The notes under the pieces are model-generated. The model saw only the letters and a list, made by a program, of their open reading frames with translations, searched no databases and was not told the DNA's origin. From Sphaerodactylus townsendi (taxonomy: Eukaryota): a stretch of DNA of 64,000 bases. Positions 36,640-49,084 of this stretch are shown piece by piece. The stretch lies in the NCBI RefSeq assembly GCF_021028975.2, contig NC_059427.1:128898001-128962000 (forward strand), in the 5' to 3' direction. The position numbers and the translations under genes are program-made. How positions within the stretch are numbered: the first letter of the stretch is position 1; each line of letters begins with the position of its first letter.

Positions 36640-37381
36640 TAATCATAACATAACATTAGTAATCATGGTCATAACATAACATAATAGAGGCATCAGTAAA
36701 TGCAAGTCTGCCCTGGTTGAGCTGAGACTGCAGTAGAAGAGGGGGAAAGTCATTGTGCTTTCACCTCCATATTCTGCAAGCTTGGCCTGGGCTGAGTCAT
36801 AATTTTGATATCAGTCCATATAAAAGGTGCTTAATCTGAAAATCATAAACAAAGGGTAATCTAAAACAATCACTAGCCAAACTGTTTTCTTACTGCTCCA
36901 TATTCTTATGATCTCTAACAAGATTTGTGACACTCACATTAGCCCAGCAAACTTTGCCACACTATACAAAGAACAAGCAGATATACATCAGATGACCCCA
37001 GGTCACTGTCAATTAATTTCTCAGAAAAAGTATTCAACGCCTTTCCTGCTATTCCATGGTTTATGTGGCCACAAAGCCACCACAGAGAGCCGTGAGCAGG
37101 AGAGCTCTACTCTCCAAGGGGAAGGGGGGGGAGATATTGAAAAGATATGAAAAACAGCATCAGAATTCTTAGTACAAAGTAAGAACAAATGACTAGTGTC
37201 TTCTGACTTTTGCCAGCTGCCAATATCAGCCCAGGCCAAGCTTGCAGAATATGGAGGGGAAAGCACAATGACTTCCCCCCTCTTCTACTGCAGTCTCAGC
37301 TCAACCAGGGCAGACTTGCATTTACTGATGCCTCTATTATGTTATGTTATGACCATGATTACTAATGTTATGTTATGATTA
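36640..37381. repeat. Near-perfect inverted repeat, 156-bp arms (36640-36795 and 37226-37381)
   Basis: The arms are reverse complements with about 2 mismatches; 430-bp spacer. Confidence 0.92.
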
Positions 37382-38394
37382 CTGATGCTTTTGTTGTCAT
37401 AATGCTGTGTTTAAAAGGCAACGCTCATTGTTGCTTAGAATATGTCATAATGTTATGTTTATTGATTCTATGTTATTGATGTTATGTTTTGATTATTGTT
37501 ATTTAATGCTACGATTATTGATATTGTCACTTTGCAGCTGTTGTTCACCGCCCTGAGCCCTTCAGGAGGGCAGCATATAAATCTAATAAACCAAACCAAG
37601 CCTGCATTTCCTTTTTGTAAACAAGCCACACTCTTTAGGTTTGACAGCAATCAGCAAAAGGAAAGCACAAAAAAACTGAAGAGTCTGCAGAAGGTTTGCT
37701 TTTGTGGGCATCTAGCTCAGCATCTCAAACTTTTAAATATCTGGCCAAAAACAGATGCTCCAGGAGAGGTCATAAGAGCAGTTATGGACAGAGCGACCAC
37801 TTATCACTTGCACAGTTCCTGACCTGAAGTTTAAGGACATCTTGAGTACAGACTGTATCTCTAGTTACTTTCCACGCTTGCAAGAGTTGCCAGGGTAACT
37901 GGAGTGAAAAGCAGAGCTAGGGATAAATTGTTGCTAAAACAAGTAGCTCATCAACAACTCCACAGGCACAGGGAGCTGGAGCTCAGATCCAAGCAGTAAC
38001 GGCAAACTCAAAAGGCAAGCTAGACTTGGCTTTCTTCCTACACACTCTGCACCCCCACAAGTCTCCAAGTCTACTACAGTCATATCGTAAGCATCTTCTT
38101 GTTTTAGCAGTGGTACACGGATGTGAACTGAAGAAACAAACAGATGTGTATAAATGTGTGTACATGGGGAAGGGATATTACTAGGACCTTCACACACACA
38201 CACAATTCCTACGACTTGCATTCAAATTCAAATGAGGGTATTTACAACAGTTCTTCCTTTTGGTGCATTTGAATGATGATTAAGAGCAGCTTCTCTCCAC
38301 TGAACCCCTCCCTACCAACAAAGGTGGCGAGAAAACAAACTCAAAATAAGTTATATTCTTCTTATATACTTCTTATATAAAGAAGTAACACACT

Positions 38395-38531
38395 TCTCTC
38401 TGTGATAAAACTCTGAAGATGCCAGCCACAGATGCAGGCGGAACGTTAGGAACAAGATCTACCAGACTATGACCACACAGCCCGGAAAACCCACTACAAT
38501 CAGTTGAGTCCGGCCATGAAAGCCTTCAACA
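38395..38531 (+). mobile_element. Penelope-like element fragment with a degenerate hammerhead ribozyme
   Basis: ctctgaagatgccagccacagatgcaggcggaacgttagga...cacacagcccggaaaacccac...tccggccatgaaagccttcaacaat. Confidence 0.75.
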
Positions 38532-38562
38532 ATGCAAGAAAAGAAGTTACATCAGTCACTTA

Positions 38563-38703
38563 GGCCCCTTCCGCATACGCAAAATAATTCGTTTTCAAAC
38601 CACTTTCACAACTGTTTGCAAGTGGATTTTGCCATTCTGCACAGCTTCAAAGAGCATGGAAAGCAGTTTGAAAGTGCATTATTCTGCATGTGCGGAATGA
38701 GCC
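38563..38703. mobile_element. PIF/Harbinger-like MITE
   Basis: TIR ggccccttccgcat / tgcggaatgagcc, TTA duplication. Confidence 0.75.
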
Positions 38704-38850
38704 TTAGCTTTTCAACTGTTTATCCCTTTTTTGGTACAATTCCCTATATAATTGAGAAGGGGAGATACCGGTATGTTCTATTAATTAATTAAGAAAAGAA
38801 AAGAAGTTTCATTATGTAGGGTTGTTGATCCTCTCCCTTCAACCTCTTAC

Positions 38851-38946
38851 CTGCGTTTCTCCCAGTACATCACGATTCTCAATAGGGAATGGATTTTGAG
38901 AAATAGAAAATGTATAAACTGGATCCTTAGGGAACGTGGTAGTAAT
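38851..38946 (-). CDS. NPLOC4: NPLOC4 internal exon
   Basis: ITTTFPKDPVYTFSISQNPFPIENRDVLGETQ; ttttaag / GTAAGA; 96 nt. Confidence 0.96.
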
Positions 38947-39430
38947 CTTAAAAAAAGAAGAAAAAGGACTATTCAAAGCACAACCCATGAAGTGCAAGAA
39001 ACCAAGGCCAGGTGTACGGCAGATGTAGACTTTAATAGAGTGTCTTCCACAGGTGAGAGCTAGGGACCCAGCAGGGAAGGTCAAGGGGAGCGGAAGAAGC
39101 GATGCTTCTCAAGAGTTCTCCAATTTACTCTCATTTACACATATTTGATCCTCATCCCTTTCCCCAAAGCGACACTTCAACAAGCATGGCTAAAAGAGGG
39201 GAATGTAACAGGGAATTCTATTTCAAACAGCAAGGGTTACTCAGGACCATACAGACTTGCACAGGATGGTCAAGAGCAGTCCTCCTTTAGGCAGATGCTG
39301 CTGCAATCCCTGGGGCCGAATCCATTACAGGTTCAAGCTCCCACCCTTTCCTCCCAGAAAAAGTGACCCTCCAGACTCAAAAAAGCATTACTATATACTG
39401 AAAATCAGACACACAGCTATCCTTCTAGAC

Positions 39431-39507
39431 CAGGGGTAGGGAACCTGCGGCTCTCCAGATGTTCAGGAACTACAATTCCCATCAGCCCCTGTCAGCATGG
39501 CCAATTG
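39431..39507. mobile_element. Half copy of the palindromic hAT MITE
   Basis: Left arm only, ending at the hairpin centre ccaattg, yet flanked on both sides by TTCTAGAC. Confidence 0.85.
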
Positions 39508-40858
39508 TTCTAGACAGTGCTCTGCTGAAGGAAGACAGCTGTGCTTTTTGTATTCCTACTCTCGTTCAATGGGAAGAACACCATGCTTGCTGATCCCACA
39601 CAAGTCGCTCAAGGCAGGCTGATATTACAGGCTGTTGCATTTCATGCAGAAATACTGTCATATCCCAATTGTGATTCTATCGAGCTTGCTAACAAAGGGC
39701 TTTTCAATCAAGGACTGGCACAACTTGTAACGGACACCAAAGGTGCAGAAATAGTGCATTATAATAGAATAATTAAAAAGGTGAAACACTGCAAAGAAAG
39801 GCTTCAGAAATTCAGTTTTTAATCTCTTTCTCAATTCCTCCTAAGTGCACGCTCTGTCAATCTGTTTTCATCTTAATTATACCCCAGGTAGTCCAAAAAC
39901 AGATGCCTCTGCTGCTTGGGTAATAAATATGTTTCAGGGCTGTCAACTGAAATAGAACATCGGCAGGCTGAACACAATGGCCACCATCACTGCAAAAGGC
40001 AAAATTCACTGCGTGAATCAGACATTAAAATGCCTTCAGCCGCAACAATGCCTGCAATTTATGTGAATACATGGATAAGGAGAAAGAACAAGTCTGCAGC
40101 CCACACTCCAGGCTCCTGCACAAGATCTCTTTGGATTCAGTTATTTTAGACTGAGTGTAGCTACTTTCTCCATTTGATCTTCAGATGGTACGCTCACCTC
40201 TATTATACTCTTCCATCCTGCAAAATGCTCTGCTCCTTTCACTGTTTTAAAGCTAACTTTGACAGATGTGTTTATATTTACTATGTTTTCATTAACAGAG
40301 GCAAGATTGTTGATATGGAGGTACCATACTTCATCCTTACTTCATAGCAGAAGGGATCCCATTTCCCTGTGGAAGAGAGCCTGCCGTTGCACTGCAGATG
40401 AGCTATTTCACCCACGCCGTAGACTCTGCTAATGGCAGTGGAGATGCTATAGGCTTTCAAGCCCTGTCTGGCTCAGCCACTATAACAAGCAGGCTGCTTA
40501 ATCACTCCTCTGAAAGGCACAGTAGACACTTACTAACAAGCTCCTGGTGATGTAATCGCCAGAATCTCTGCAGGGGGTGACAGTTTCTACTCATCTAACG
40601 GATAAACGTCATTTCATAAAAGCTGTGCGAGATGCTACAAGCAGTGCCTAACAAGAAGGCTAAATGCTTCCCCTCAGGTTCGTACTACCCTACCCCAAAG
40701 GAAAAGCTGCAAACAACAAGTCATAAGTTGCTTGCTAACAGAGGAGAGGGGGCACAGTTAGGAATAAGGTGAAAATTCCAGTTTCAGATGTGGGATAAAT
40801 ATTGCTCCATTTATATTTTCCTCTGCAAAAGAAAAGGACAAGCATAGTAGATACTTAC

Positions 40859-40930
40859 ATCAATTATTAGATACTCGACCGGGAGTGGACGGGCTAGCTG
40901 AGTGATCTCGTTGCCAAACTTGTCTATATC
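40859..40930 (-). CDS. NPLOC4: NPLOC4 internal exon
   Basis: DIDKFGNEITQLARPLPVEYLIID; tttttcag / GTAAGT; 72 nt. Confidence 0.96.
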
Positions 40931-41839
40931 CTGAAAAAAACAGCAACCCACTGGTTAGACAGAATGATTAATGCACAGTCACTAAGGAACAGGAGATCAG
41001 AGTGCACAGAAGGCAGATTGTGCTCAGTCTATGGATGAAACCACTGACAAGGTTTCTGGTGGATGTGAACCAGCAAGGTACCTGTGGGATGCAAGAACTA
41101 GGATTCTCTGAAAGAATATGGTGTCCTGGGTGCACCGGGACCTGATCCAGCACAGCAGTTGTGCTCTTAAACAAGAGGGGCACACTCAGGTACACTTAAA
41201 AATATGTGTTATGCTTTAAATATTGAAATATTCCAAGAATTCTCTCTTGCTCCAAAAATTTAATACACATCAGTGCAGCACATGGATTTTATTTTTTTAA
41301 TTAAAAAAAATGGATGACACAACACAGAAGTCACTCCGGCAGGCAATGCTTCTGTAGAAAAAAAATGTTGCACAGCGGTATGAAATACTTTTCTCCATTA
41401 TAACTAAGTAGATATTTTACCATCAACAAAACAACAACCCCCCTCCAAAAAAGATCCAAACAAACCAGGAGCTATTTAACTTGACTCTCATATACCATAC
41501 AGTTGGTCCATCTAGCATAGTCACTTGCTTGATGCTGGCTGGCACTCTTTTTTTGCCACAGTTCACTTTCTGTGGCACTGCAGGGTTTTCAAGGCAAGAG
41601 ACGTTCACAGGTGCTTTGTCATTGCCTGCCTCTTTATAGCAGCCTCAATATTCCTTGGTGGTCTCCCAGCCAAATACTGACTACAGCTGACCCTGCTCAG
41701 CTTCCGAAATCTAACGAGACTGAGCTAGCCAGGGCAGGGCAGGGCAGGGAAGGCTGGCCTTAGATGTTACCAAGTGGGATGATATAGCAGTGTCTCTTAG
41801 AGATATTCTCACACATGCAAATGAAGCGCTCTCTCTCTT

Positions 41840-42250
41840 TCTATTGAATTTATACCCCGCTCTCTCCCCCGGCCCTGACCACAGTCAAACTTGGAGCAGG
41901 GAAACAACCAATACAAAAGTTAAAACCATGCAACAATCAACATCCATAAATTTTAATCTAATATAGATGGAGACTGAAGTCCCAAACCTAAAAACACTCT
42001 CCATCCCCTATGGTATTCAGTTTCCCAAGGGGGAAGGGGAGAGGGACAAAGGGATGGGGAGAGGAAAGGGGGGGAGGGGCAATACGCAAGATGGAAAGCT
42101 TGTGTGATGTTCCAGGTGGTATCATGGCACCAGATATAATTGGGTGTGGGAGGCCAGCTAAATCAAATGGATCATTAACTCACAGAACAGCCTCAACTGA
42201 AGACCTGATGGAACATCTCTGTCTTACAGGCCCTGCTCCATCTTACAGGC
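41840..42250 (-). mobile_element. L2 LINE 3' fragment
   Basis: tttataccccgctctctcccc tail and gtcttacaggccctgc motif, shared with 62350-62868. Confidence 0.55.
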
Positions 42251-45124
42251 CCTTACTGGTTAAGGGTACTTTCTATGTAAGCATTAACATGGCTGTATAA
42301 TTCTGCCACTATTTTCACAACTGCAGCAGCCACTGAATACTTGATGGAGCCTTATATACAGTTAGACCATCAAGCTCAGAATTTTTTACTCTTACTAGCA
42401 GCAGCTCCCCTGAGCCTCACATCTTCTGCTACCTGACCCTCTTGACCGAACATGCCAAGCACTGAACCCGGATCTTTTGCATGCAAAGCTGGTTCCTTTG
42501 CCACTGAGCCACAGCCGCATCCCATTCCTGCAGCCTCCCAAATAAGTAAAGGATCACTTTGTGAGGGAGATGAAAAAGAAAAAGCTACTGGTTCACATGC
42601 ATGAAGTGATCTTTAAGGACACTTTCTACATCATGCATTACAACTGACTGTACTCTCAATCACATACTTTCTATATTCCTCTGGGAATTTATTTCCTCCT
42701 CCCCAATGTTCTAGTTGCTACCTGAAACTACTACATGCTATTCAACAGGTCAAACTAGAAACAGAGTAGATAAATGTAGTTTTTCCTCACATGTCCTGCT
42801 CACAGTGAGATGAATCTTAAAATAGAAAGCGGTATGTGGGTGAGAAGCTGAAAAAACACCCACCGTTCTCTTCACCTCCCATTGTTTCAGATGTGCCTGT
42901 GTAGCTCAGCAACAACACTGAAAGTGAGCTGGGCTGAGAAAAAAGCATAGGAGTGTGGTGCTCCCTTCAAATACATGCCTCATTCTCTTTTAAAACCATA
43001 CATAGATGCCTCTGCCACCTCTAGATTGACCTCTGATCAAAAGATGGCAAGATGTACTTCTGCTAACATTCCAGATCCATCGGAATTTTCTTTCTTCCTT
43101 AATACTTGCAGATTACAAAAAAAAGAGCAATTATTTGCATCTGAAGCAACTAAAGGCCTGGCAAAGGAACTTTCCTAAGGCATAGGGTGGGTGCCACATA
43201 GGGGAATGGCACTTTGAAGAGCCTCACATGGGTGCTGGGCCACTATCACTTGTCCAGAGAAATTCAGCAACAAGCCCAAGGCTAGAGATGATGTAGCAAG
43301 GAGAACACAACATCCAACACAAGTGTGCTGTTTTTATATCAGAACATCTCTGTAACACACACAGTCACATTGATACTTTGCCATGTTGGACTTGGAGATC
43401 TAAGTCTCCAATCAGACCTAACTTTCTCCAGCTATTGGCACCATCAAAAAGAGAAAACACAAAGCAATCCAGCCATCTTTTCTAGGAAAGGCCCAGAACC
43501 TGCCAAAGCCTCAACTAGTTTCACTTTGTCTGATGAACTGAATGCAAGTTAGGGGGAAAAATGGCCAGCATATGTTCATTAATCACAAAGTGACAATTAG
43601 ACCTGATTTACGTCAAACATGCCAAGCTCAAACATTGCTTCAGAAATAAATTCATAAGAACAGACACTTTTCATTAAAGATTCTACAAGTGGGGGGCTGT
43701 ATTTTCCACCTAAATCACCACTTACCAGCATATAAATCATTCACTCAGACCTACATAAATTATACATTCGTAATTTTTAATCAGAGGCCTTACATAAAAG
43801 TTTACATTCGCTAAGCTTTCAAAAGCATGTGTGGCTATGAGGCAGATCCCAAGGACAAGTACTCGGACGCTGCTGTCAATCTATGTGTTTGATTTACTGC
43901 CTGGAGAGGGGGAGGGAGAATGCACATACAGATCACTCTCTGCATTGCAAGTTGTATAAGGCAAAGACGGACATCTGATTAGCACTGCCAATCAGCTCTC
44001 CAAGGAGACGGTTTGCACTGCATGGCTAAAATTCTAAAAGATGCAGGTTCAGATCTCAAATTTGTCTCTCATGTACGGTTGGTGCCTTCTTTTTTAAAAA
44101 ACATTTTATCGTTTATAATTTGATTTAAAGGTCGTTTTGCCTTTAAATTCTCTTTGGAAGCCAGTCTCTTTTCACTGGCATTAAATGCTCTTATGGAGGG
44201 TGGGAAAAGAAAAATCAGAAGTATTTATACAGGGCAGCTAATTTCATAGTCCCCCACAAAATTTCAGCCTATGCTGATCAGTGATGGTATAGCAGAAAAG
44301 AATTTATTTAGAAAGTTTATGTGGCACCTCATGAGAGACCTGCTCAAGGCTTCTAACAAGGTACAAACAAAACAACAATAAGATTATGAAAATAGAATTA
44401 AAATGATCAATGTTAATACACTATGGACAAAAAAGTAAAAGAGTCAATGTTCATCAGCTTAATTCACAATTTTAGCAAGGAACATAAAACAATGTTCACA
44501 AGGCAGTTCTCAGTCTAGAAACAGCCAGGCCTAGAACAGAACACCAACTTGGTCACTTGTCACGACCTGCCTGGATGGGTTAACAAAGAACAGGGCTTGG
44601 GAGGAAGACGAGCTAGACTGTATGAGTGAGGGCAATCTTTGACATACTCTGGTCCCAAGCCATCAGGTCCTGAAACGGTAAGAACTCTGAACTGAGTCTG
44701 GAAAGAAACAGGCAATCAATGCAGATCTTGCTGTACAGATCGGGATCCCTGCATCTATTCTAGGAGGTGATAATAGCTGAATTTTGGACCAATGGTGTCC
44801 ATTTTTCAGAAGTTTTCCAGTGGAAACAACGGAAAACCCCTTTGGGGGACCCATAAAATTGACTTAAACTACACCAAACTTGGTGATTCTTCCAAGGACA
44901 GTCATCTGCAGCTATGATGCAAACGTGGTATCTCTACTTTGAAAAACATCCCCTCAAGCCTCCCCACCCCAAATTTCCCATAGCCTTTAATGGAGCTAAA
45001 AAACAAACAAAAAAAACACCCACCCATAAATATTTGCCTTTTTTTTAGGTCCATAAACCCGAATCTGAAAAATCCTGAAAAACAGTGCACACCCCTAGGT
45101 CCCTCCCTACCTTCTGGACTAATA

Positions 45125-45350
45125 TTTTGTTTACTGGCCTCATGCATCCTTCCCAGGCATTCATTCAGAACTTCCACAGACTTGCCTAATTCAGCTATTG
45201 GGGGGAAGAACAACTGGGTGTCATTTATATATTGATGCCAGCTCACTCCAAATCCTGAGGCTATCTCTTTCAGAATTTTCATGCAGATTAGTTAAACAAG
45301 GGACACAAGACAGGTCACAGCAGGACCCCGTAGTAGGTCTAAGAGCAGTC
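45125..45350 (-). mobile_element. L2/CR1 reverse transcriptase remnant
   Basis: ORF 44902..45282 begins EIASGFGVSWHQYINDTQLF, a decayed HQYADDTQL motif. Confidence 0.6.
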
Positions 45351-45386
45351 CTTCAGTATCAACTTCAAGCACAGGCCAGTCAGATA

Positions 45387-45879
45387 GGCCCTTTCTGCAC
45401 GGCGACGGCAGCGCTTATGCTGGTGGAGGTGTGGGGACTGCTCCCTCCCCCTCTCGGTCATCCTCCCCCACTCACCTGCCTCCCCAGCGTCGCTTTGGAG
45501 AGCTGCAGGGACCCGCCCACGCTGCCCTCCGACCCCTGGAGGTCAGAGGACAGTGTGGGCAGGTCCCTGCAGTCCTCCAAAGCGACGCTGGAGAGGCAGG
45601 CGAGTGGGAACGACAGGGAAAGTGGTGGCTTCCCTGCGGTGTGGTGCGGTTTGCACCGACCCGCCGGGAAGACGCAATATTTTGAAAACCTCACTCATTG
45701 AGTGAGGTTCACTCAATATTTTGAAAACCTCACTCATTGTCAGGGACAGCTTCACACTGCCCGCGGAAAAGCAGGACGGCGCTGCTGCGATGCAGCAACG
45801 TCGGCCATGCGAACACTCTCCCAGGGATGGCGGTTTTGCTGTCCCTGGGACGCTTCATTTGGCCCCTGCAGAAAGGGCC
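45387..45879. mobile_element. PIF/Harbinger-like non-autonomous element
   Basis: TIR ggccctttctgca / tgcagaaagggcc, ATA duplication, internal hairpin at about 45483-45592, CpG-rich. Confidence 0.8.
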
Positions 45880-47120
45880 ATAGAGTGGAACTATCAGACA
45901 GCACAATAATACCTCTGCAACAAATGCAGGCAACTCTCCAGGAGACAACCATAGTAAGTGGTATTGGATTCCACCAAAACGTCCAAAGAATCACAAAAGT
46001 TATATTCCCCCATCACTGTTCTACTGAAGACATTCAAGAGAGACCAAAGCCTTTTGCATCTAAATCCAGACCTGGGTCCAGGTAGAAATGGGTCTAGATA
46101 AGCTGTCTACTTCAGGACTGTTGTCTGCCTTTTAGATATGCTTGCCATGCTTCTGACTATGCACTATGGAATCAAGATAGCTGCAGTAAAAACAGATGAT
46201 GTTCCGGAACATCCTTAGTAATAAAAAGACAGCAAAATCAAAATCAAATCCAATGAAACAAACTCATAAACATACTTCAGCAAAAAAAGGAACTTGCAGC
46301 ACTGTATATATAATTAGCCTGTATATCTAATTCAATTCGAATATGCAGAATTTTCCCCCAGCACTAGTTCACTTTAAAGTTGCCCTCTAAGAAGTTGCAT
46401 GTTAAATGCTTTTTAAAGAAGTGACTAAATTATGGAAGAGACTCAATAACGTTGTAACTATCAAACAGAAACTTTCCTCTTCTCACTGCAAGAAGCATCT
46501 GTAACCCTTTCCCTCAAAAGAGGTATTCACCTATGATGCTTTGACCTCCAATGAAATATGTTTTTAGGCAAATACGTGCCTATAGGCCTTAGCAAATACT
46601 AAGCTGGTAGAATGCAAGCTCTTTCATTGCCATTAGGGCAGTGATCCTGTGTGGCTTGTTATTGTAGCTTAAAATTTTTACAGCATGGAATGCCATCTGG
46701 CTTGCAGAGGCAGCTCTCTAAAGAGAAAAGAAGAAAGTTAAAATCGACGTCTATTTGAAGGCTGCAGGAATACTCATGCGGCAGAGAGACATGCTGAACC
46801 ACATTAAACCAGCATTCATTGGCCATACAATTAGTATGTTCTTTAAAACACAGTCTGACATGAAGGTGGAAGCCCTTGTGACTCCCAATCAGTAAATGAT
46901 TCATCCACCACAGCACAATGGCCACGTCTGAATAAGACACTGTCAAAGCCTTTGGTTATTCAAGTTCGCTGAATTCATATTGGGCCCATATACTGCATTT
47001 TTAAAAAGTTGCTGTGAACAAAACGGTCCAACAGGAAGCAACAGCATGTAAGAGAGTCAAACGAGCAAAACTGCCATTTATTCCCCAGGCCAGCGTATTT
47101 TTAACTTTCCTTCAAACTAA

Positions 47121-47693
47121 GGCCCTTTCCGCACCACAACGGTGCGGGGGTGCATTGGCATAAACAATACCGACGCACGCACGCACGCACGCACGCACAC
47201 ACACGCACGCACACACACACACACCCCGGACCGTTCACATTAAGGATGTGGTCCTGGGAGGGCGGCAACGCAGCCTTCGCACAGGCTGCACCGTCGCCAA
47301 ACGCCTACCTTGTCTCCTGGCTTTCAGCTCGTTGCAGAAGCCAGAGGACACGCCCCTGCAGCCTGGAGCGACGGCTCTGGAGTCGCAGGCCAGGGGGGCG
47401 TGTCCCCTGGCCTCTGTGACAAGCCGGAAGCCAGGAGACAAGGTAGGCGTTTGGGAAAGGGGGAGGAAATGGTGCCTTCCAGCTGCTGCCATTCGCACGG
47501 CAGCGTTTGGAAGCCGCTGTTTCCGAAATACCTCGCTCAGGGAGCGAGGTTCGGAAACAGTGGCTTCGCCCCGCTTGGGGATTGCAAGGCTGCCGCTGCT
47601 GCGATGTGGTGGCGGCGGTCGTGCGAACCCCTGCCCAGGGACGCTGTTTTTAGCGTCCCTGGGACGCTGTATTCTGCCCGTGTGGAAACAGCC
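47121..47693. mobile_element. PIF/Harbinger-like non-autonomous element with (GCAC)n/(AC)n microsatellite
   Basis: TIR ggccctttccgcac / gtgtggaaacagcc, TAA duplication; shares subterminal gtccctgggacgct with 45387-45879. Confidence 0.8.
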
Positions 47694-48539
47694 TAAGTTT
47701 TTGGTCTGGTCTGCTGCACGCAGTTGCACAAGGAACCAATGCAATCCAAACAGCACCTGTGATCCCTCTCAGTTTGCGTTCCATTTCCTTCTCCCCCCCA
47801 CATTGGAAAACAAAAACTTTTGTGCAAGTCATGTAGGCAAAAAGCTTGCACTGAGTTGTTCTTGACCACTGTTTGGTTCATCTTTCTCTTTCAACTGCTA
47901 CAGTCTCTCGTTATGGTGAATTTATAGCATTACACTCTTGCACCCAGCAACAACTTAACCTGGCTACTTCACAGTGCTACTGATGGATCTCCTTCCCCCC
48001 AACACCAAAAGAGGATCACATGTGCTAGTAATGAAGTTCTACAAGTAATCTCTCATTAACACAAGCTTAATACACCCCCAGCTGAAAATTTAATACACCC
48101 CCATGCACAAATTTAATCTGAGACATAAAGGTGCAACACAAATGAAGTCTGGTTGGAATATATATTCCAACATGTCCTTATTTTAAAGGAGAGCTAATTT
48201 CACTATATGGGAGCACCTGTCATATAATCATATCTTCCCTTTTTTACTTCTAAACAGAGACAGTGTTTACTATTCACAACTTTTTGCAAGAAAAACATCT
48301 CGTTCACCCCAGCAAGCCTAAGAAGGATGGAACTAGGGTTGGTGGGTAGAGATGCCTTCTCTAGTTTGACACAGGCACATGAGTCTGTTGCCTCCATTTA
48401 GATAAAAGAGTGTGTGGTAAACTGAATAAAAGCAGTCAAAACTTGAAATCTGATGCTTAAAGAGTCTGCTCTCTGGATTCTTCTGATCACACAGCTACTT
48501 CTGATTATTTATTGGCAGAACCACGTATTATTTTCAATA

Positions 48540-48730
48540 TATAGAATCATAGAGTTGGAAGAGACCACAAGGACCATCAAGTCCAACCCCCTGCCATGAA
48601 GGAACACACAATCAAAGAACTCCTGACATATGTTCATCCAGCCTCTGTTTAAAAACCTCCAAAGAAGGAGACTCCACCACTTTCAGAGGCAGTGAATTCC
48701 ACCGTCAAACAGCCCTGACAGTCAGAAAGT
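48540..48730 (-). mobile_element. CR1 LINE 3' end
   Basis: atagaatcatagagttggaagagaccacaagg...tccaacccc, the typical CR1 terminus. Confidence 0.8.
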
Positions 48731-48948
48731 TCGCTAAGATGTGGCTGCTGCCTATTTGAAAAAGGGGTGTATGACAACACTAGACTCCTGCAAATGAAGA
48801 CTATCCTCCCAGTAAAGCAAGGTCTCTGAATATCCAAGATGAACCAGCACAGGAATCCACTTGCAAATGGTAGAAATAGCCCTGAAATTTAAGATTCAGA
48901 GAACAAACTGACATTGAAAGCACTTACAGCTATTTAATACATTTTACC

Positions 48949-49084
48949 CAATGGTGGGATTCAGCAGGTTCGCACCACTTCGGCAGAACCAGTTGTTAAA
49001 ATGGCACTTGTAAACAACCAGTTGTTAAATTATTTGAATCCCACCACTGAAACCGGTTGTTAAACTATTTGAATTCCACCACTG
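48949..49084. mobile_element. hAT MITE, CAGTGGTGGGATTC family
   Basis: TSD attttacc / attttgcc, duplicated right terminus. Confidence 0.8.

Noticed and set aside
45198-47865. ORFs of 127-205 aa
   Set aside because: They arise mainly from GC-rich MITEs and show no transposase motifs.
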